From IMG/VR virus record IMGVR_UViG_3300037245_001419, positions 147,778 to 211,777 of that record: a DNA stretch of 64,000 nt; one strand, 5' to 3'. Shown one piece after another: positions 1 through 9,748 of the stretch. Under the pieces are notes generated by a model. That model ran no database searches and was not told the origin of the DNA. It saw only the letters and a list, made by a program, of their open reading frames with translations. How positions within the stretch are numbered: position 1 is the stretch's first letter; each line of letters opens with the position of its first letter. The translations under genes were made by a program, and so were the position numbers.

Positions 1-141
1 ATCGTACCGCACAAGATTGTCATTCAACATCATGTATTTGTAGTTGCCAACCAACAAGTTAAAATGAACCCCATCTTTTGAATCACGAGGATGGCTTAGC
101 AGCCATCTTAAATTAATTTTTCTATCATCAAGATTAGCCAT
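1..141 (-). CDS. hypothetical protein (partial, runs off window)
   Basis: ATG at 141 overlapping the end of the upstream gene; MANLDDRKINLRW..., open to the edge. Confidence 0.6.
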   Translation of the reverse strand, partial: MANLDDRKINLRWLLSHPRDSKDGVHFNLLVGNYKYMMLNDNLVRYD

Positions 142-592
142 TTTCAGCCTCCTTAGATTTTTTAGTTGCTAGATACTCAAGAGAGTATTTAATGTTATCG
201 GTTACTTCAGTTACATTAGAAAACAACATGTCTACCTTGTGGTAGTTATTATCATAAATCTTGTATAGCCGAAGACCGTCATCAAATATAATTAATGAAT
301 GCTGAGGGTATTGCTTCAATATTGTTTCAGTGTACTTCAAATCCATTAACGTCTGGTCTAGGTATGCTGCCTCGTGATTCTCCTCAAGTGTGTAATGCAT
401 GGGGGAACTATCACGTACTTTTTCACGCTTAATGTTTTCACATTTATTTTTAGTAATACGTTGTTGTATGCCAAAGCTGTTACCACGCTTATCAATAAGC
501 ACAAAGTTCATCTTAACACGAGTGTGTATTAAGTTATAACACGCTGAAAGCATCTTAGATGATTCGCTTAGTGTAAAATACCGTTCTGTCAT
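134..592 (-). CDS. hypothetical protein
   Basis: ORF in tightly packed operon; no family recognised. Confidence 0.7.
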   Translation of the reverse strand: MTERYFTLSESSKMLSACYNLIHTRVKMNFVLIDKRGNSFGIQQRITKNKCENIKREKVRDSSPMHYTLEENHEAAYLDQTLMDLKYTETILKQYPQHSLIIFDDGLRLYKIYDNNYHKVDMLFSNVTEVTDNIKYSLEYLATKKSKEAENG

Positions 593-813
593 GTTTCACC
601 CTCATAAGAGTTTATTATGTTTACCGCCTCTTCCATGCTATACGTTGGACTAGACTCACTGTCTCTATTTTTATCCATCCTAGCTACTTTCCAATAGTCC
701 GCAGTTCTAGAATTCTCAATATCATCTTCGGTTATTGTGCGTAATGCATCATTTAACCCAATCTGGCCGATCTTATAACACAAGTCATAGTCGGTTAACT
801 TTTTTACATCCAA
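589..813 (-). CDS. hypothetical protein
   Basis: ORF overlapping the next gene by 4 nt. Confidence 0.65.
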   Translation of the reverse strand: MDVKKLTDYDLCYKIGQIGLNDALRTITEDDIENSRTADYWKVARMDKNRDSESSPTYSMEEAVNIINSYEGET

Positions 814-841
814 TCCATTGACCTCTCCAACCCAGTGATTA

Positions 842-1078
842 TTATTCTTCCACGCTCTCTTTTACTACTTTAGTTTGATCTTCCTGACTGTCAATATACA
901 GCTGAAGCATACCACCGACAACGGCATCAAATGATACACTATAACCATCACATACAGTCATGATATGATCTATAGTTTCGTCGCTTATAGTAACATCTAT
1001 CTCTGATACTTTAGTCATGGATAGATGTTTTTCATACAATTTAAAGTATGATTTTTCTGGTACTTTTGGTGTATCCAT
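842..1078 (-). CDS. hypothetical protein
   Basis: TAATG coupling, AGGAG RBS. Confidence 0.7.
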   Translation of the reverse strand: MDTPKVPEKSYFKLYEKHLSMTKVSEIDVTISDETIDHIMTVCDGYSVSFDAVVGGMLQLYIDSQEDQTKVVKESVEE

Positions 1079-1485
1079 TAATGCTCCTTCTCAGTGACTT
1101 CATCAACGAATTCCCATTTTTTGTCGGATGTATTGAATCTGTATATCATAACATCTTGATACTCAACTGCAATCTCAAGTATACCACTACGTATCATTTT
1201 ACCGCTAGTGATTGATTCGAAATACGCAAGTATCTCATCAACATCACTATAGTCTCTGAGATCACCATAGAAGATAACCGCACGACATGCAAGAGCGTTC
1301 TCAGTACCTGTCTTGATAAGCTTGTATTCCAGGCTACCTTCACTACCACACGGCAGTATAGTGTCTTCTACATCATTCTCCCATGTAGATATTTCACCTA
1401 GTTCTTTTTCTGTTATGATGGGTATACCTAGGGCAGGTATTCCGTCATATCTAATTGATGCATTTACATGAGTCCATTGGGACAT
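1078..1485 (-). CDS. conserved phage hypothetical protein
   Basis: MSQWTHV...LPCGSEGSL...GDLRD motifs typical of an uncharacterised phage family. Confidence 0.75.
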   Translation of the reverse strand: MSQWTHVNASIRYDGIPALGIPIITEKELGEISTWENDVEDTILPCGSEGSLEYKLIKTGTENALACRAVIFYGDLRDYSDVDEILAYFESITSGKMIRSGILEIAVEYQDVMIYRFNTSDKKWEFVDEVTEKEH

Positions 1486-1486
1486 A

Positions 1487-1768
1487 TTATTCCTCGTCTT
1501 TGTTGAATATTTCTATAACCTGTTTTACCTTGTCGATCATATGAAGATCATCGCAATAAAATACCCCATCACCAACAAACTCACGCTGTTGAGTAAGATA
1601 AAAGTCAGGAACTTTATCCACTTTAGTTACTTCCTTCAAGACATTAGCTAAAGCAATCATTTTATACTTATCATCCATTTTTGTATCTTCACATACATCA
1701 GTACAAGAAGTAAAAGCTAAAGCACCGATTATTAACTGTGCTTCTTTTTTAGTAATTTCTATTTTCAT
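1487..1768 (-). CDS. hypothetical protein
   Basis: first gene of leftward operon after an AT-rich divergent region. Confidence 0.7.
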   Translation of the reverse strand: MKIEITKKEAQLIIGALAFTSCTDVCEDTKMDDKYKMIALANVLKEVTKVDKVPDFYLTQQREFVGDGVFYCDDLHMIDKVKQVIEIFNKDEE

Positions 1769-1904
1769 AAGTTATTTCACAAAAGTGGCGTATATGTAAT
1801 AAAATAACAAAATAAAAGTTATTGTCAATGTATTTTTTTATTGAAATTAATAATTATATTTACTATACTTATTATATAATATATGTACTAAGATTGGAGT
1901 TAAT

Positions 1905-2105
1905 ATGATTATTTGTGTTGAGTGTCACACAGAGATGAAAGTTGAGAAAAATGGTGTTGTTGTCCGCTATGGTGGAAACCACTGTTACTCAGGAGACAGT
2001 TGGAAATGCCCTACATGCGGTAAAATGGTAATCAATTGCAATAACAGCCCGTACCCTTCAGATGAACCTTTAGATCCGAAACACGATATCGAAATGAATC
2101 AATGA
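1905..2105 (+). CDS. small zinc-ribbon protein
   Basis: CxxC...CxxC; GGAG RBS. Confidence 0.75.
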   Translation: MIICVECHTEMKVEKNGVVVRYGGNHCYSGDSWKCPTCGKMVINCNNSPYPSDEPLDPKHDIEMNQ

Positions 2106-3124
2106 TAAAAATAGTAGATGACTTACTGTACATGATTCGCCAGTTGAAAGCAGTTGAATTGTCAATAGACAAGCTAGACATTATAGAGAAATATCCTCAA
2201 TGTAGAAATTTATTGGAGATAACCTATAATCCTTTTAAGCACTTCGCAGTTGGTACAAAACAGATAGATAAAGAGTTAGAATCTACTTTAGTTGATATTC
2301 CGAAAATAGATAAGCCGTACATCATGATCCATCACTTCTACAATTTTTTAAACGATTCGTTGCTTAACAAAAGATACAGTCGTTCTGTAGGAATCAAAGC
2401 GATAAAGAGATGGTGTACAATATTTCCCGAATATGAGACCCTTATTATCAACATTTTCAATAAGAACTTGAAGTGTGGAATAGATGCTCAGCTTATCAAT
2501 TGTATCTATCCGAAACTTATACCAATGTTTAACCCTACACGACCCAAAATTTGGGATACGATGTGTCCTAAGAGGGTCTTTTCTGAGTACGTTACAATGG
2601 AGAAGGTTGAGGGCGAACTGGTCTACATGAGCATTAGAAACCGAAAGGTGAACATATATAGCAAGCACACCATACCTATTGTCACATTGAATTACCTTAA
2701 GGATGAAGTACAGTCATTTATCGACATTACTGATATTGATAATATCATGATTGAAGGTCATGTATTCATAGGCAACCAGAGCTTTGATGAGTCTCACCAG
2801 AGCATCGTTAGAGGCAGTAAGAAGTTAACTAATATAATATTTAAAGTGTATGACATACTAACCCTCGATGAGTTCGAGGTGTATTACGACGAGTCAAAAA
2901 AATACACAGATCGACATAAGAGATTCGCAGAGATGGGTTTCTCTAATTTAAGTATGATACAAGTCGTACCATACCAGCAGTATGATCCAAACGGTGAACA
3001 CATACTATCACACATGAAAACAACAATTTCCGATAACAATTGGAAAGGAGCAATTCTTCGTAAGAACATACCTTACGACATTAAAATTTCGTATAACATA
3101 ATTAAAGTATACCCCAATTCGTAA
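2102..3124 (+). CDS. ATP-dependent DNA ligase-like protein, degenerate, lacking the OB domain
   Basis: T4-ligase-like N-terminus (ITYNP, KNLKCGI...IYPKLIP); nucleotidyltransferase-like motifs KVEG, IEGH, VYDIL, KGAILRK; ends right after motif V. Confidence 0.7.
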   Translation: MIKIVDDLLYMIRQLKAVELSIDKLDIIEKYPQCRNLLEITYNPFKHFAVGTKQIDKELESTLVDIPKIDKPYIMIHHFYNFLNDSLLNKRYSRSVGIKAIKRWCTIFPEYETLIINIFNKNLKCGIDAQLINCIYPKLIPMFNPTRPKIWDTMCPKRVFSEYVTMEKVEGELVYMSIRNRKVNIYSKHTIPIVTLNYLKDEVQSFIDITDIDNIMIEGHVFIGNQSFDESHQSIVRGSKKLTNIIFKVYDILTLDEFEVYYDESKKYTDRHKRFAEMGFSNLSMIQVVPYQQYDPNGEHILSHMKTTISDNNWKGAILRKNIPYDIKISYNIIKVYPNS

Positions 3125-3140
3125 TTTTACGGAGGTAAAT

Positions 3141-3629
3141 ATGAAAACAATAATTAGTACAGGACTTCGAGGCGCAAGCCAAGGAGCTGTAGGAGCAGCA
3201 TTTATTAATGAGATAGCTGTAGATGGATATTGTCCAAAAGGATTTATCTTGCCAACAGGCAAGCAACCAGAACTCGCATCAATGGGACTCAAAGAGCATG
3301 AGTCAGACTCGGTTGTAGAGTGTTTTGAAGATAACATGAACGCATCAGACGGCACAATATTTTTCTTTATGGAGAGCCTGGTAGACCAACTCGATAAAGA
3401 GTTAATGGACATCGTTGAAGCGTCAAACACACCATCACTACTGATAGACCTTGATAGCCCTTTGGACGTAAGAATCGTTGAGAAATTTATCCAGAAAAAT
3501 GACATAGAGACCTTGCACGTAGACGGCTGTCAAGACTCGCCCCACGATAAAACCATATATAAGTTTGTGTGTGGATATGTAACTAAAGTAGTTAAGAACC
3601 TAAAACATGAGGCTTTATTCGAGCACTAG
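3141..3629 (+). CDS. cpYpsA/SLOG (putative molybdenum carrier)-like protein, degenerate
   Basis: IISTGLRG...DGYCPKG...NMNASDGTIF...LHVDG aligns with the family pattern IISGGQTG...GGWCPKG...NVxDSDGTL...LNVAG. Confidence 0.7.
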   Translation: MKTIISTGLRGASQGAVGAAFINEIAVDGYCPKGFILPTGKQPELASMGLKEHESDSVVECFEDNMNASDGTIFFFMESLVDQLDKELMDIVEASNTPSLLIDLDSPLDVRIVEKFIQKNDIETLHVDGCQDSPHDKTIYKFVCGYVTKVVKNLKHEALFEH

Positions 3630-3636
3630 GAGCAAC

Positions 3637-4125
3637 ATGAGCAAACCCTCACTACTAAGAAAAGAGATGGAAGACAGACGTATAGAGATGAAAGGAAAAT
3701 TAAATGCAGTTGAAGTAGAATTAGTACAGATACCAAATACCCACTTTAAGTCTGAAGAATGTCAACGTCTAAACTCCACAAAGAGATTATTAATTAAAGA
3801 ACTAAACAAATTAACTATAGGGATTAAGAATATCATGGAACTCGAATCAGACCCTAATGTAGTAAAACAAATGGATGACATCTATAAAAAACTTGAATCT
3901 GGCGAGATGTCACCATCTGACTTGCAGAACATGGTAGTCAAGATGGAGGGCGGTGTTGAAAATGACGATGATACCCCAGACTGGCTAACTGAAGTAGACG
4001 ATGATGAGAATGAAGATTCAGACACTATTGAACCAAAAAAAGAGGAAGAGGACGAAAAAGGAGTAAATACCGCTTCAGACGATGATATATCTCAATCTGT
4101 AGACGATCTACTCGACAATTTATAA
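3637..4125 (+). CDS. acidic coiled-coil hypothetical protein
   Basis: AGGAG RBS before ATG 3637; very acidic C-terminus. Confidence 0.7.
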   Translation: MSKPSLLRKEMEDRRIEMKGKLNAVEVELVQIPNTHFKSEECQRLNSTKRLLIKELNKLTIGIKNIMELESDPNVVKQMDDIYKKLESGEMSPSDLQNMVVKMEGGVENDDDTPDWLTEVDDDENEDSDTIEPKKEEEDEKGVNTASDDDISQSVDDLLDNL

Positions 4126-4160
4126 ATAATTTCATAAACACCATATATCTAGGAGACAAG

Positions 4161-4562
4161 ATGAAAATAATCTGGAAAGATATAAAAGGGTTTGAAGGAA
4201 TTTATAAAATATCAAATACTGGCAGAGTAGTTCACAGTAAAACTCAAGCAGAACTCACAGGGCCGGACGTTACCTTAACTAAGAACAATACACGTTCAAA
4301 AGTTAAGATAACAAATATTATGAAGACTCACTACCCAGAGTTATTCGTAGTAAAAGAAATAGTTACAGATACTTTAGTTGAGACTTTAGTTGATGTGTTA
4401 GTGAAGGACATAACAGGCGAACAAAAACTTCTTGTCTTGTCCATCGAAGGAATTGAGTACACTTCTTATAGAGAAGCATCCGACAAATTGAACTTGAAAA
4501 CGTCTACCATAAAGAGACGGGTCAACTCAAAAAAGTTCGAGGCTTACTTAAGCTTAGAGTAA
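4161..4562 (+). CDS. NUMOD4 + NUMOD1-like DNA-binding protein without HNH nuclease core
   Basis: WKDIKGFEGIYKISNTGRV (NUMOD4); C-terminal YTSYREASDKLNLKTSTIKRR HTH; no H-N-H motif. Confidence 0.75.
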   Translation: MKIIWKDIKGFEGIYKISNTGRVVHSKTQAELTGPDVTLTKNNTRSKVKITNIMKTHYPELFVVKEIVTDTLVETLVDVLVKDITGEQKLLVLSIEGIEYTSYREASDKLNLKTSTIKRRVNSKKFEAYLSLE

Positions 4563-4579
4563 CAATTTTTTCGGGAGAC

Positions 4580-4876
4580 ATGGTCATGATTATGAAAATT
4601 AATCATTATGACTTTCTAACAACATATCAACTAGATGATAGGTCTAGCTGGTATTTGTCTCTAAAACCAGAAAAGATGCAAAGAATAAATACGATTGTAT
4701 ACAGCGTATGTACATCTAATAGTTTAGCTCTTCTGTATTCGAAGTTCGAATCTAAAGAGTTTAAATATTTGAGTAACGATATAAACGAGTTGTGTAAAAT
4801 AAAGCTAAAACACAGTGAACCTATATTCATTGAAAGGAAATATAATTATGAGCAAAAAAAAAACATTCGGGATTGA
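4580..4876 (+). CDS. hypothetical protein, paralog family A
   Basis: C-terminal VCTSNSLAL...ELCKIKLK motif shared with 5345, 5625, 6008, 8426. Confidence 0.65.
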   Translation: MVMIMKINHYDFLTTYQLDDRSSWYLSLKPEKMQRINTIVYSVCTSNSLALLYSKFESKEFKYLSNDINELCKIKLKHSEPIFIERKYNYEQKKNIRD

Positions 4877-5345
4877 CGATTACATTAATAAAGACCTGAA
4901 GCAGCTAGGTAAAGAAGAGGATACAACTTCTAAAAAAGCACCCAAGCTTACTATGTTACGCTATATGGTAACGCCTAGACAATTCAATCAAAACTTTGGT
5001 GAAAACAAACCAAATCTAGTTCAGCCTGTAGAAGAATTCAACATGAATAACGATGTGTACAACATGGTTTATGTTCTATTCAATCATGACAAAGAGATTT
5101 GGAGAATGTTTACCACCATGGAATCACAAGAGACTGTAGAGCTTATCAGAGATAATAAAGCTGGCCGTGTCGAGTTGATATGCCGTGAGAACTATCACGC
5201 TATCGTTAGACTTAAAGATGACAACAAAAAAATTCAAGAGCTTGCTGACTTCAAAAGAAAGTATAAGCAAAATATCGATGTGTATCATCTTGAATTAGAC
5301 TTCGCACAAGGTGTAAAGAAGTTCGTCGGTCAAGAAATAGCATAA
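4848..5345 (+). CDS. hypothetical protein
   Basis: AAGGA RBS before MSKKK. Confidence 0.7.
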   Translation: MSKKKTFGIDDYINKDLKQLGKEEDTTSKKAPKLTMLRYMVTPRQFNQNFGENKPNLVQPVEEFNMNNDVYNMVYVLFNHDKEIWRMFTTMESQETVELIRDNKAGRVELICRENYHAIVRLKDDNKKIQELADFKRKYKQNIDVYHLELDFAQGVKKFVGQEIA

Positions 5346-5665
5346 TGAAAACGGTCGTAAAATACGGATTCGACGACCATGGGAATAAGATAGAACCAGA
5401 AAATGTCGATGGAACCTTAAATGGTTCCGTTGGTATTTTATACTATGATATTAATGAAGGTCTTGATAGATTCACATTTTACCACCACGATGAAATAGAA
5501 TTAGCACAAGATATAATGGAATCTGGCAACTTGATTTCGTCTATATTAAACATCCGCAATAATAATAAATACATTTGTAGGTTGTGTGAATGGAGACTAA
5601 AGAATCGTAAGATTAAATTAGTATATGGTGATGAGAAATCCTATAACCCAAGTCTGTCTTGTTAA
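5345..5665 (+). CDS. hypothetical protein, paralog family A
   Basis: ICRLCEWRLKNR motif. Confidence 0.65.
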   Translation: MKTVVKYGFDDHGNKIEPENVDGTLNGSVGILYYDINEGLDRFTFYHHDEIELAQDIMESGNLISSILNIRNNNKYICRLCEWRLKNRKIKLVYGDEKSYNPSLSC

Positions 5666-6005
5666 GATACAAAAAATTTATACTGAAACACGATCAGTAG
5701 AGTATTTTCTTAAGGGTAAAATTACAGACGTATACAACTCAAAAAATTTCGATAACAGATTAAAAGCCTCATTTATAACTAACGATACTGGTTATAAATG
5801 GGGCTTCTTTCGTCACACCTACAGCGAAGAATTCTTTGAGCTTGTCACAGATATATGCTCCAACAATGCAATCGCAATAATCAACATGCAACATGAAGAA
5901 AAGTTTATAAGGAAGCTGGCTTGGTACAAACTGAAGTACAGGTCGTGTATTCCTATTAAGGAAAAGATAGTATTACAAACTCAAAAAAACAGACTCATGA
6001 ATTAA
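5625..6005 (+). CDS. hypothetical protein, paralog family A
   Basis: ICSNNAIAII...IRKLAWYKLK. Confidence 0.65.
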   Translation: MVMRNPITQVCLVKIQKIYTETRSVEYFLKGKITDVYNSKNFDNRLKASFITNDTGYKWGFFRHTYSEEFFELVTDICSNNAIAIINMQHEEKFIRKLAWYKLKYRSCIPIKEKIVLQTQKNRLMN

Positions 6006-6007
6006 GA

Positions 6008-6241
6008 ATGTTCGTTACTATTCTTGTCAATTCAGTTTTGTTTAAACTGGTTAAATACGATGGGGATAAATTTGCAAATAAACTTCAGTTTCAAGTAATC
6101 AAATCAGACATACCTAAGATAATTTCGATATGTAAAAACAATGCTGCAGCCTTGATACATTCAAGAGATGATAGTGAACAGATAAGAAAATTTTGTGTGA
6201 TTAAGCTTAAGCATAAAGAGATGATTAAGATATTTTATTAA
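6008..6241 (+). CDS. hypothetical protein, paralog family A
   Basis: ICKNNAAALI...IRKFCVIKLK. Confidence 0.65.
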   Translation: MFVTILVNSVLFKLVKYDGDKFANKLQFQVIKSDIPKIISICKNNAAALIHSRDDSEQIRKFCVIKLKHKEMIKIFY

Positions 6242-6272
6242 GGGAGAGGATGCGAGTGACACCCTCTCCCTT
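6240..6272. terminator. hairpin between convergent operons
   Basis: AAGGGAGAGG...CCTCTCCCTT 10-bp inverted repeat. Confidence 0.7.
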
Positions 6273-6293
6273 ACACTGACCGAGGGTAAGAGG

Positions 6294-6641
6294 TCAGTGT
6301 TGAGGCTCTTCTTTACAATGTTTAACACGCCCACGCAAGTCTGTCATGACGATAAAATTTTCTCTTCCATAAGACTTGTATAGGTAATAATTAACTTTAT
6401 TTTTACAAACTATAATGGTATTTTGTTGTTTCTCAACATGAACATGCATTAACCCATGATGAGTATGTTCACCATTTACATTATCGACTGTCCTATTTTT
6501 GACACTTAAAGGAGATTCTACTGAATATAAAATAAGACCCCACAAAATTAAACCTATAAATGCAAAAATAATAGAATATTTTTTAAGTTTGTCACTCTCT
6601 TCTTTATTAACATCAAACATATATTTTAAATACCCTATCAT
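6294..6641 (-). CDS. single-TM membrane protein
   Basis: hydrophobic segment IIFAFIGLILWGLILY. Confidence 0.65.
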   Translation of the reverse strand: MIGYLKYMFDVNKEESDKLKKYSIIFAFIGLILWGLILYSVESPLSVKNRTVDNVNGEHTHHGLMHVHVEKQQNTIIVCKNKVNYYLYKSYGRENFIVMTDLRGRVKHCKEEPQH

Positions 6642-6653
6642 CAGTCACACCAA

Positions 6654-6875
6654 TTACTTGCCACGTCTTTTACGTCTTTCTCTTTTCTCTCGATTCTTTC
6701 TTTTGCCAGTAAATATCTTACCTAGCTCTGATCGGTTGTCATGCTTGCTGACTTGCATTAACTCTTCCTGTTTTGCTGTCATCTGCTCTCTATGCACTCG
6801 TTCATAACGCTCAGGGTCTAACCCTTTCATTTCTTCTTTGCTGAATTGCTCAATCATTCCTGTTCTTGTATCCAT
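6654..6875 (-). CDS. small basic phage protein
   Basis: AGGAG RBS; MDTRTG start, K/R-rich tail. Confidence 0.75.
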   Translation of the reverse strand: MDTRTGMIEQFSKEEMKGLDPERYERVHREQMTAKQEELMQVSKHDNRSELGKIFTGKRKNREKRERRKRRGK

Positions 6876-6886
6876 ACTTTACTCCT

Positions 6887-7234
6887 TTAACACCAACACG
6901 ATTCTAAACTTATTTTACTTAATGTTTCTTTATCTGTAACTACTTCTACTTCGATATTAAGTAACTTTCGTATATCGAACCCTTCTTTTCTTCTAAATGC
7001 CCTTGCCCAATAACCAACTTCGGAAGCTCGTATGAGAAGCTTGTTGTTATCAGCTATTTCTATTTCATTAACAGAAAAATAATGCACTTCTTTTTCATAG
7101 CACATTTTTAATTTGTCATTTTGCTTTAAAGTATCTTCTGAATGAAATTCTATTACACATCCATCTAAACCAATCATTCGTCCAGACCGTCTGTCACGCT
7201 CAGCAACTTTTATAGAAGCATTAATTATTTTCAT
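6887..7234 (-). CDS. hypothetical protein
   Basis: GAGGAG RBS before MKIIN. Confidence 0.7.
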   Translation of the reverse strand: MKIINASIKVAERDRRSGRMIGLDGCVIEFHSEDTLKQNDKLKMCYEKEVHYFSVNEIEIADNNKLLIRASEVGYWARAFRRKEGFDIRKLLNIEVEVVTDKETLSKISLESCWC

Positions 7235-7776
7235 GACTCCTCTTCCCCTATCCACTTCCTGTCTTGCAACAATTTAATAATCTCTTCTGCACTAGGTGAC
7301 TTAGGCATCGGCTTCCACAAAATGATCGGGTCGCATCGCTCTATACGATTTTCAGTGAGTTTTCCATCTTTTTCGAAACCATACGCACTAGTCATTTTAA
7401 ACCCGTCTTTTTTACGAAAAAACTCTTGATGTACGCTGGGCCTGTTTAACATAGTACCAGTCCAACAAGGATCATAATCAATAGCCAAAACATATGTACC
7501 AAATCTACCTTCTTGAATTTCTGGTAGTTGATCATCAACGAATATCCACTCGTCTTTTACCTTGTCCGCTATTGCTTCAGCTATGATTTCATCAGACCGT
7601 TTCTTTCTAGCTTCCCATGCTGAACCACCACAATCCTTACAAACCATTTTGTCGTGAAATTTAATTGGAATTATGAAAGCACTGGAAGAAATACAATGTG
7701 GATTGCCGCACTTGTAATAAACTTCTTCGGCTGCCAGTTCTTCTTTTACGATGGCTAGTATTTCTTCTTTATTCAT
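7231..7776 (-). CDS. DUF551-like phage protein with N-terminal Zn finger
   Basis: EWIFVDDQLPE...WKPMPKSP; CxxxxC/CxxC; start moved to MNKEE. Confidence 0.65.
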   Translation of the reverse strand: MNKEEILAIVKEELAAEEVYYKCGNPHCISSSAFIIPIKFHDKMVCKDCGGSAWEARKKRSDEIIAEAIADKVKDEWIFVDDQLPEIQEGRFGTYVLAIDYDPCWTGTMLNRPSVHQEFFRKKDGFKMTSAYGFEKDGKLTENRIERCDPIILWKPMPKSPSAEEIIKLLQDRKWIGEEES

Positions 7777-8062
7777 AAGCAATAGGATATTGAGATTTAG
7801 GCTTGCACTGTATGATCTTGCTGTCTGTACCAAACTTTGCAGATAAAGAAAATATGTGGACACCAGCACTATAAACATATGTAACACCGTCTATACAAGC
7901 TGTTTTGCTATAGTGCTCTATTTGATTAATAAGTCTTTCCTCAGCTCTTTCACGTTCTTTTTTTGAATCGAAACCTTCGCACGCAACAGCGCAGAATAAT
8001 GCAACTATCAATATCACGATTAATGATAGTTGCAGATTAGGATGATCATTAATACACATCAA
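7769..8062 (-). CDS. membrane-anchored hypothetical protein
   Basis: hydrophobic N-terminal helix; CIDGVTY motif. Confidence 0.65.
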   Translation of the reverse strand: MMCINDHPNLQLSLIVILIVALFCAVACEGFDSKKERERAEERLINQIEHYSKTACIDGVTYVYSAGVHIFSLSAKFGTDSKIIQCKPKSQYPIAYE

Positions 8063-8328
8063 TTAAACTCATCAGGAACAGTAACTAACAGAGCATTCCC
8101 TATTATACAATCCATGTTAAAATATTTCCTAACATATTCAGTAGCCCTCAGATTGATTTGTTGGTCTTGTTTTAATCTACTCTCTTCATCAACCAGAAGA
8201 ACTGTGTCTTCGTCAATAGTGATCGCTTCCACCATCTCACAACCTATCAAATCGTAGTATGATTTCAGATGATCTTCACCAATTTCAACTGAAGTAACTT
8301 CACCATTTGTATTGTACAAAGTCGCCAT
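8059..8328 (-). CDS. DUF3846-like protein
   Basis: IGCEMVE...LVDEESRLK...NLRAT...IIGNAL. Confidence 0.65.
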   Translation of the reverse strand: MATLYNTNGEVTSVEIGEDHLKSYYDLIGCEMVEAITIDEDTVLLVDEESRLKQDQQINLRATEYVRKYFNMDCIIGNALLVTVPDEFN

Positions 8329-8425
8329 GTTATTTCCTTTTTATTTGCGTTCCCACATTAAATATAACTAAAAAATATTAATTGTGTTATACTTTTTTAA
8401 TAACAGATAAAAACGGAGTAAGATT

Positions 8426-8770
8426 TTGATAACTAAAGTACATAAAACCGTATTAAGAGTGGCAGATATAACTGACACGGACGTTGATGAGCGCTTATAT
8501 AATTATGTCAGATATAAATCTGACGATATGGAGTTCACTACACATGCAGTATTTGACGGTATTGTAGAGGAAATATTAACTAACAAGAGCTTTGCAATCT
8601 TGTATTCAAGGGATAGAGACAAAAACATTCGTGACTTGGTGAATTACTCAATGAGAAACAAATGCGAGTTTGAATTGGTAAAGGAAGAAGCCGTGTCTTG
8701 CCATGTAGACATGTATGACTGGGAATCTTTATATGTGTCAACATTTTCAGAGACTGCTTTAGCTGTCTAA
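8426..8770 (+). CDS. hypothetical protein, paralog family A
   Basis: GGAG RBS, TTG start; ILTNKSFAILYSRD...IRDLV. Confidence 0.6.
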   Translation: MITKVHKTVLRVADITDTDVDERLYNYVRYKSDDMEFTTHAVFDGIVEEILTNKSFAILYSRDRDKNIRDLVNYSMRNKCEFELVKEEAVSCHVDMYDWESLYVSTFSETALAV

Positions 8771-8842
8771 GATGCTGTGTATTGCTGTTTTAAGGTGTCT
8801 CTAAGGCACTTTCTCTCAGCCTTGGTGTTTAGCTATAGATAC

Positions 8843-8894
8843 AAAAAAACCCCTGCCATTTATCAATAGTTAAGTCAACAGGGCAGGGGTTTTT
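8843..8894. terminator. bidirectional rho-independent terminator
   Basis: A7-CCCCTGCC...GGCAGGGG-T5. Confidence 0.75.
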
Positions 8895-8911
8895 CAATAG
8901 GGTTGTTGCTA

Positions 8912-9484
8912 TTAAGCAACAGCCTTTTGAGCCCGACTTTTCTTTAAAGACCTGTTTTCTTTTTCAAGCTTTGCAATATTAGCCTTCATTGTGTCATGTT
9001 CATCAGCACGACTAATATCTTCCATAACAGCGACAATGCTACTAGGGGTTTCTTCAATCTCTTTAGCAAGCTTATCAGATTCAATCTTTTTACGCATTAC
9101 TGAATTAATTAACTCTTTATGCTCTTTGGTGAAGCTATCAGAACCTTTTGTAAGCTCGTATAACGCCATGAATTTGCTAAGATCGAAACGTCCTTCACCT
9201 TTAGGCATGCTGTATACAGGCTTGCTGTAATCCGAACCTATAGCAAACTGAGCCTTGATCTCTTGTGCGCTATAGCCTTGATCAGCCATGAGAACAACTG
9301 CATCTCTTCTCGTTTTAGCTTCTTCGATTGTTTCCATTGTACCAAAATAATCTTGAGTTTTGCCAACTTTTTTAATTATACGAAACTTACCATTCCAGTC
9401 TACAATATATTTCATCGTAGGGTCTTTTTTTGCTTTTTTTTCTTGGGAGGCGATTGCGTTTTCTGATTTGTTAGATGCGCTCAT
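8912..9484 (-). CDS. AP2-like DNA-binding domain protein with coiled-coil tail
   Basis: KYIVDWNGKFRIIKK...YFGTMETIEEAKTRRD resembles the AP2 three-strand-plus-helix pattern. Confidence 0.55.
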   Translation of the reverse strand: MSASNKSENAIASQEKKAKKDPTMKYIVDWNGKFRIIKKVGKTQDYFGTMETIEEAKTRRDAVVLMADQGYSAQEIKAQFAIGSDYSKPVYSMPKGEGRFDLSKFMALYELTKGSDSFTKEHKELINSVMRKKIESDKLAKEIEETPSSIVAVMEDISRADEHDTMKANIAKLEKENRSLKKSRAQKAVA

Positions 9485-9718
9485 GTTTACCTTTCCTTTT
9501 GAGTAAATTATCTTTCTTTACTAAAGATAGAATATAATTACTAAGAAGTCAAATATTATTTACAGAAATAATATTTTTTATGCATTTTTATTATTAAGAT
9601 GAAATAGTACATATTATTTTTCGCTGTCTTTCAGCTTTTTAAGCTCTAAATACCAATGTAATACAGTTTCTTTGATTTTCTTTGGAGTTTTTTTAATAGA
9701 CATATTATACCTTAAACG

Positions 9719-9747
9719 AAAAAAGGAGTGCCGAAGCACTCCCTTTT
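9719..9747. terminator. rho-independent terminator
   Basis: GGAGTGC-CGAA-GCACTCC flanked by A/T runs. Confidence 0.8.
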
Positions 9748-9748
9748 A

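Noticed and set aside
2102-3124. Functional DNA ligase (lig)
   Set aside because: Several catalytic-motif residues are substituted and the OB domain is missing, so no symbol was assigned.
4161-4562. Active HNH homing endonuclease or intron
   Set aside because: No HNH catalytic motif and no interrupted host gene.
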